Below are positions 18,815 to 20,000 of a DNA stretch of 20,000 nt, one piece after another. A program made the position numbers and the translations under genes. A model generated the notes under the pieces. It had not been told where the DNA came from. It worked only from the letters and a program-made list of their open reading frames with translations, and ran no database searches. The number at the start of each line of letters is the position of its first letter. The first letter of the stretch is position 1. Origin of the DNA: Chiloscyllium plagiosum (taxonomy: Eukaryota); assembly GCF_004010195.1 (NCBI RefSeq), contig NC_057718.1:102818932-102838931 (forward strand), read 5' to 3'.

Positions 18815-19400
18815 ATTTCAAGTTTTGCTTTCAATTCTGTTGTCACATTAAAGGAAGGATGTGGAGGTTTCAGAAAGGGTGCAGAGGAGGTTTACCAGGA
18901 TGCTGCCAGGATTAGAGGGTATGGGCTATAAGGAGAGACTAGAAAAACTCAGGTTGTTTTCTCTGGAGTAGCGGAGGCTGAGGGGAGACTTCAAGTCTAT
19001 AAAATTGTGAGATGCATTGATAGGGCTGACAGTCAGAATCTTTGTCCCAGAGTTGAAATGTCTAATACTAGGGGGCATGCATTTAAGGTGAGAGGGGAAA
19101 GTTCAAAGGGGAGAGGGGGCAAGTTCAAAGGGGAGAGGGGGTAAGTTCAAAGGGGATGAGAGGGGCAAATTATTTAAACAGAGCGCAAAAGGAGTGTGGA
19201 ACGCACTGCCTGGGGTGGTGGTGGAGTCAGATATGATAGGGGCATTTAAGGCACTTTTAGATAAGCACATGAATATATAAGGAATGGAGGGATACGGGCC
19301 AAGGGCAGGTAGAAGACATCAGTTTAATTTCGTGTCACATTCAGCACATCGTGGGCTAAAGGGCCTTTTCCTGTGCTGTACTGTTCTGTTCTGTGTTCTA
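18815..19400 (+). mobile_element. CR1 LINE 3' fragment (ORF2 C-terminus plus UTR), disrupted
   Basis: [45 protein letters not shown]...WNALPGVVVES; tail GGGCCTTTTCCTGTGCTGTACTGTTCTGTTCTGTGTTCTA. Confidence 0.92.
19090..19154. repeat. 21-22-bp tandem triplication inside CR1
   Basis: GAGAGGGG(G)NAAGTTCAAAGGG at 19090-19110, 19111-19132 and 19133-19154. Confidence 0.9.
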
Positions 19401-19738
19401 CATCAGTGATTGGTTGTTTTCCAGTAGACCCAAAGTTGTTGTAATCTTTGTTCCCCAATCATAAAAAAAACTTCCCTCATCTTGATCGATGGACCCTGAT
19501 GGAGGTATGAGGTGAACTGACTGAATTTTCACGTCTGACCTTAAAGTATGTGCGGACTCAAGTTCTCTCGATGCAAAATGTGCTTGCGATTAGCTCCACA
19601 TGGAATTTGGGAATGGGTTGCTGTTAAGTGATCATTTTCAAGTCTGATTAATCTAAAGTCATGCAGTACAGGGGTGAGGACTCCATTGCGCAATGTTTAA
19701 ACAATGTGTAGGCCTGTGCTCAGCGATTTATTAATGTT

Positions 19739-20000
19739 ATAGAACATAGAACATAGAAGAATACAGCACAGTACAGGCCCTTCGGCCCTCGATGTTGCGC
19801 CGGTCCAAGCCCACCTAACCTACACTAGCCCACTATCCTCCATATGCCTATCCAATGCCCGCTTAAATGCCCATAAAGAGGGAGAGTCCACCACTGCAAC
19901 TGGCAGGGCATTCCATGAACTCACGACCCGCTGAGTAAAGAACCTACCCCTAACATCTGCCCTTTACCTACCACCCCTTAATTTAAAGCTATGCCCACTC
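19739..20000 (-). mobile_element. Young CR1 LINE 3' end, continuing beyond the window
   Basis: Minus strand GHSFKLRGGR*RADVRGRFFTQRVVSSWNALPVAVVDSPSLWAFKRALDRHME; (TTCTATG)n tail; CpGs retained. Confidence 0.92.

Overview
Eukaryotic, repeat-dense, CpG-poor DNA that looks intronic or intergenic. The repeat families point to a cartilaginous fish (shark); this is inferred from recalled family consensi, not a database search. No intact protein-coding gene is supportable, and most ORF-track entries are transposon remnants or chance ORFs. The window holds 5'-truncated CR1-clade LINE fragments, HE1-type V-SINEs, a second tRNA-headed SINE whose tail resembles a CR1-like LINE, one DeuSINE, a probable solo LTR and two minisatellites. 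It also holds about 14 short Penelope-like element (PLE) remnants in four sequence families. Each PLE family carries a minimal hammerhead-ribozyme motif (CTGANGA-stem II-GAAA-palindrome-UH). Many copies are fold-back palindromes whose axis sits at the ribozyme core, and several are nested in other repeats with target-site duplications. Repeat-free stretches contain candidate regulatory sites (perfect DR1 plus NR5A/ERR site, C/EBP palindromes, a CTCF-like motif) and a few weak exon candidates. Element boundaries are approximate unless a TSD or arm is quoted.
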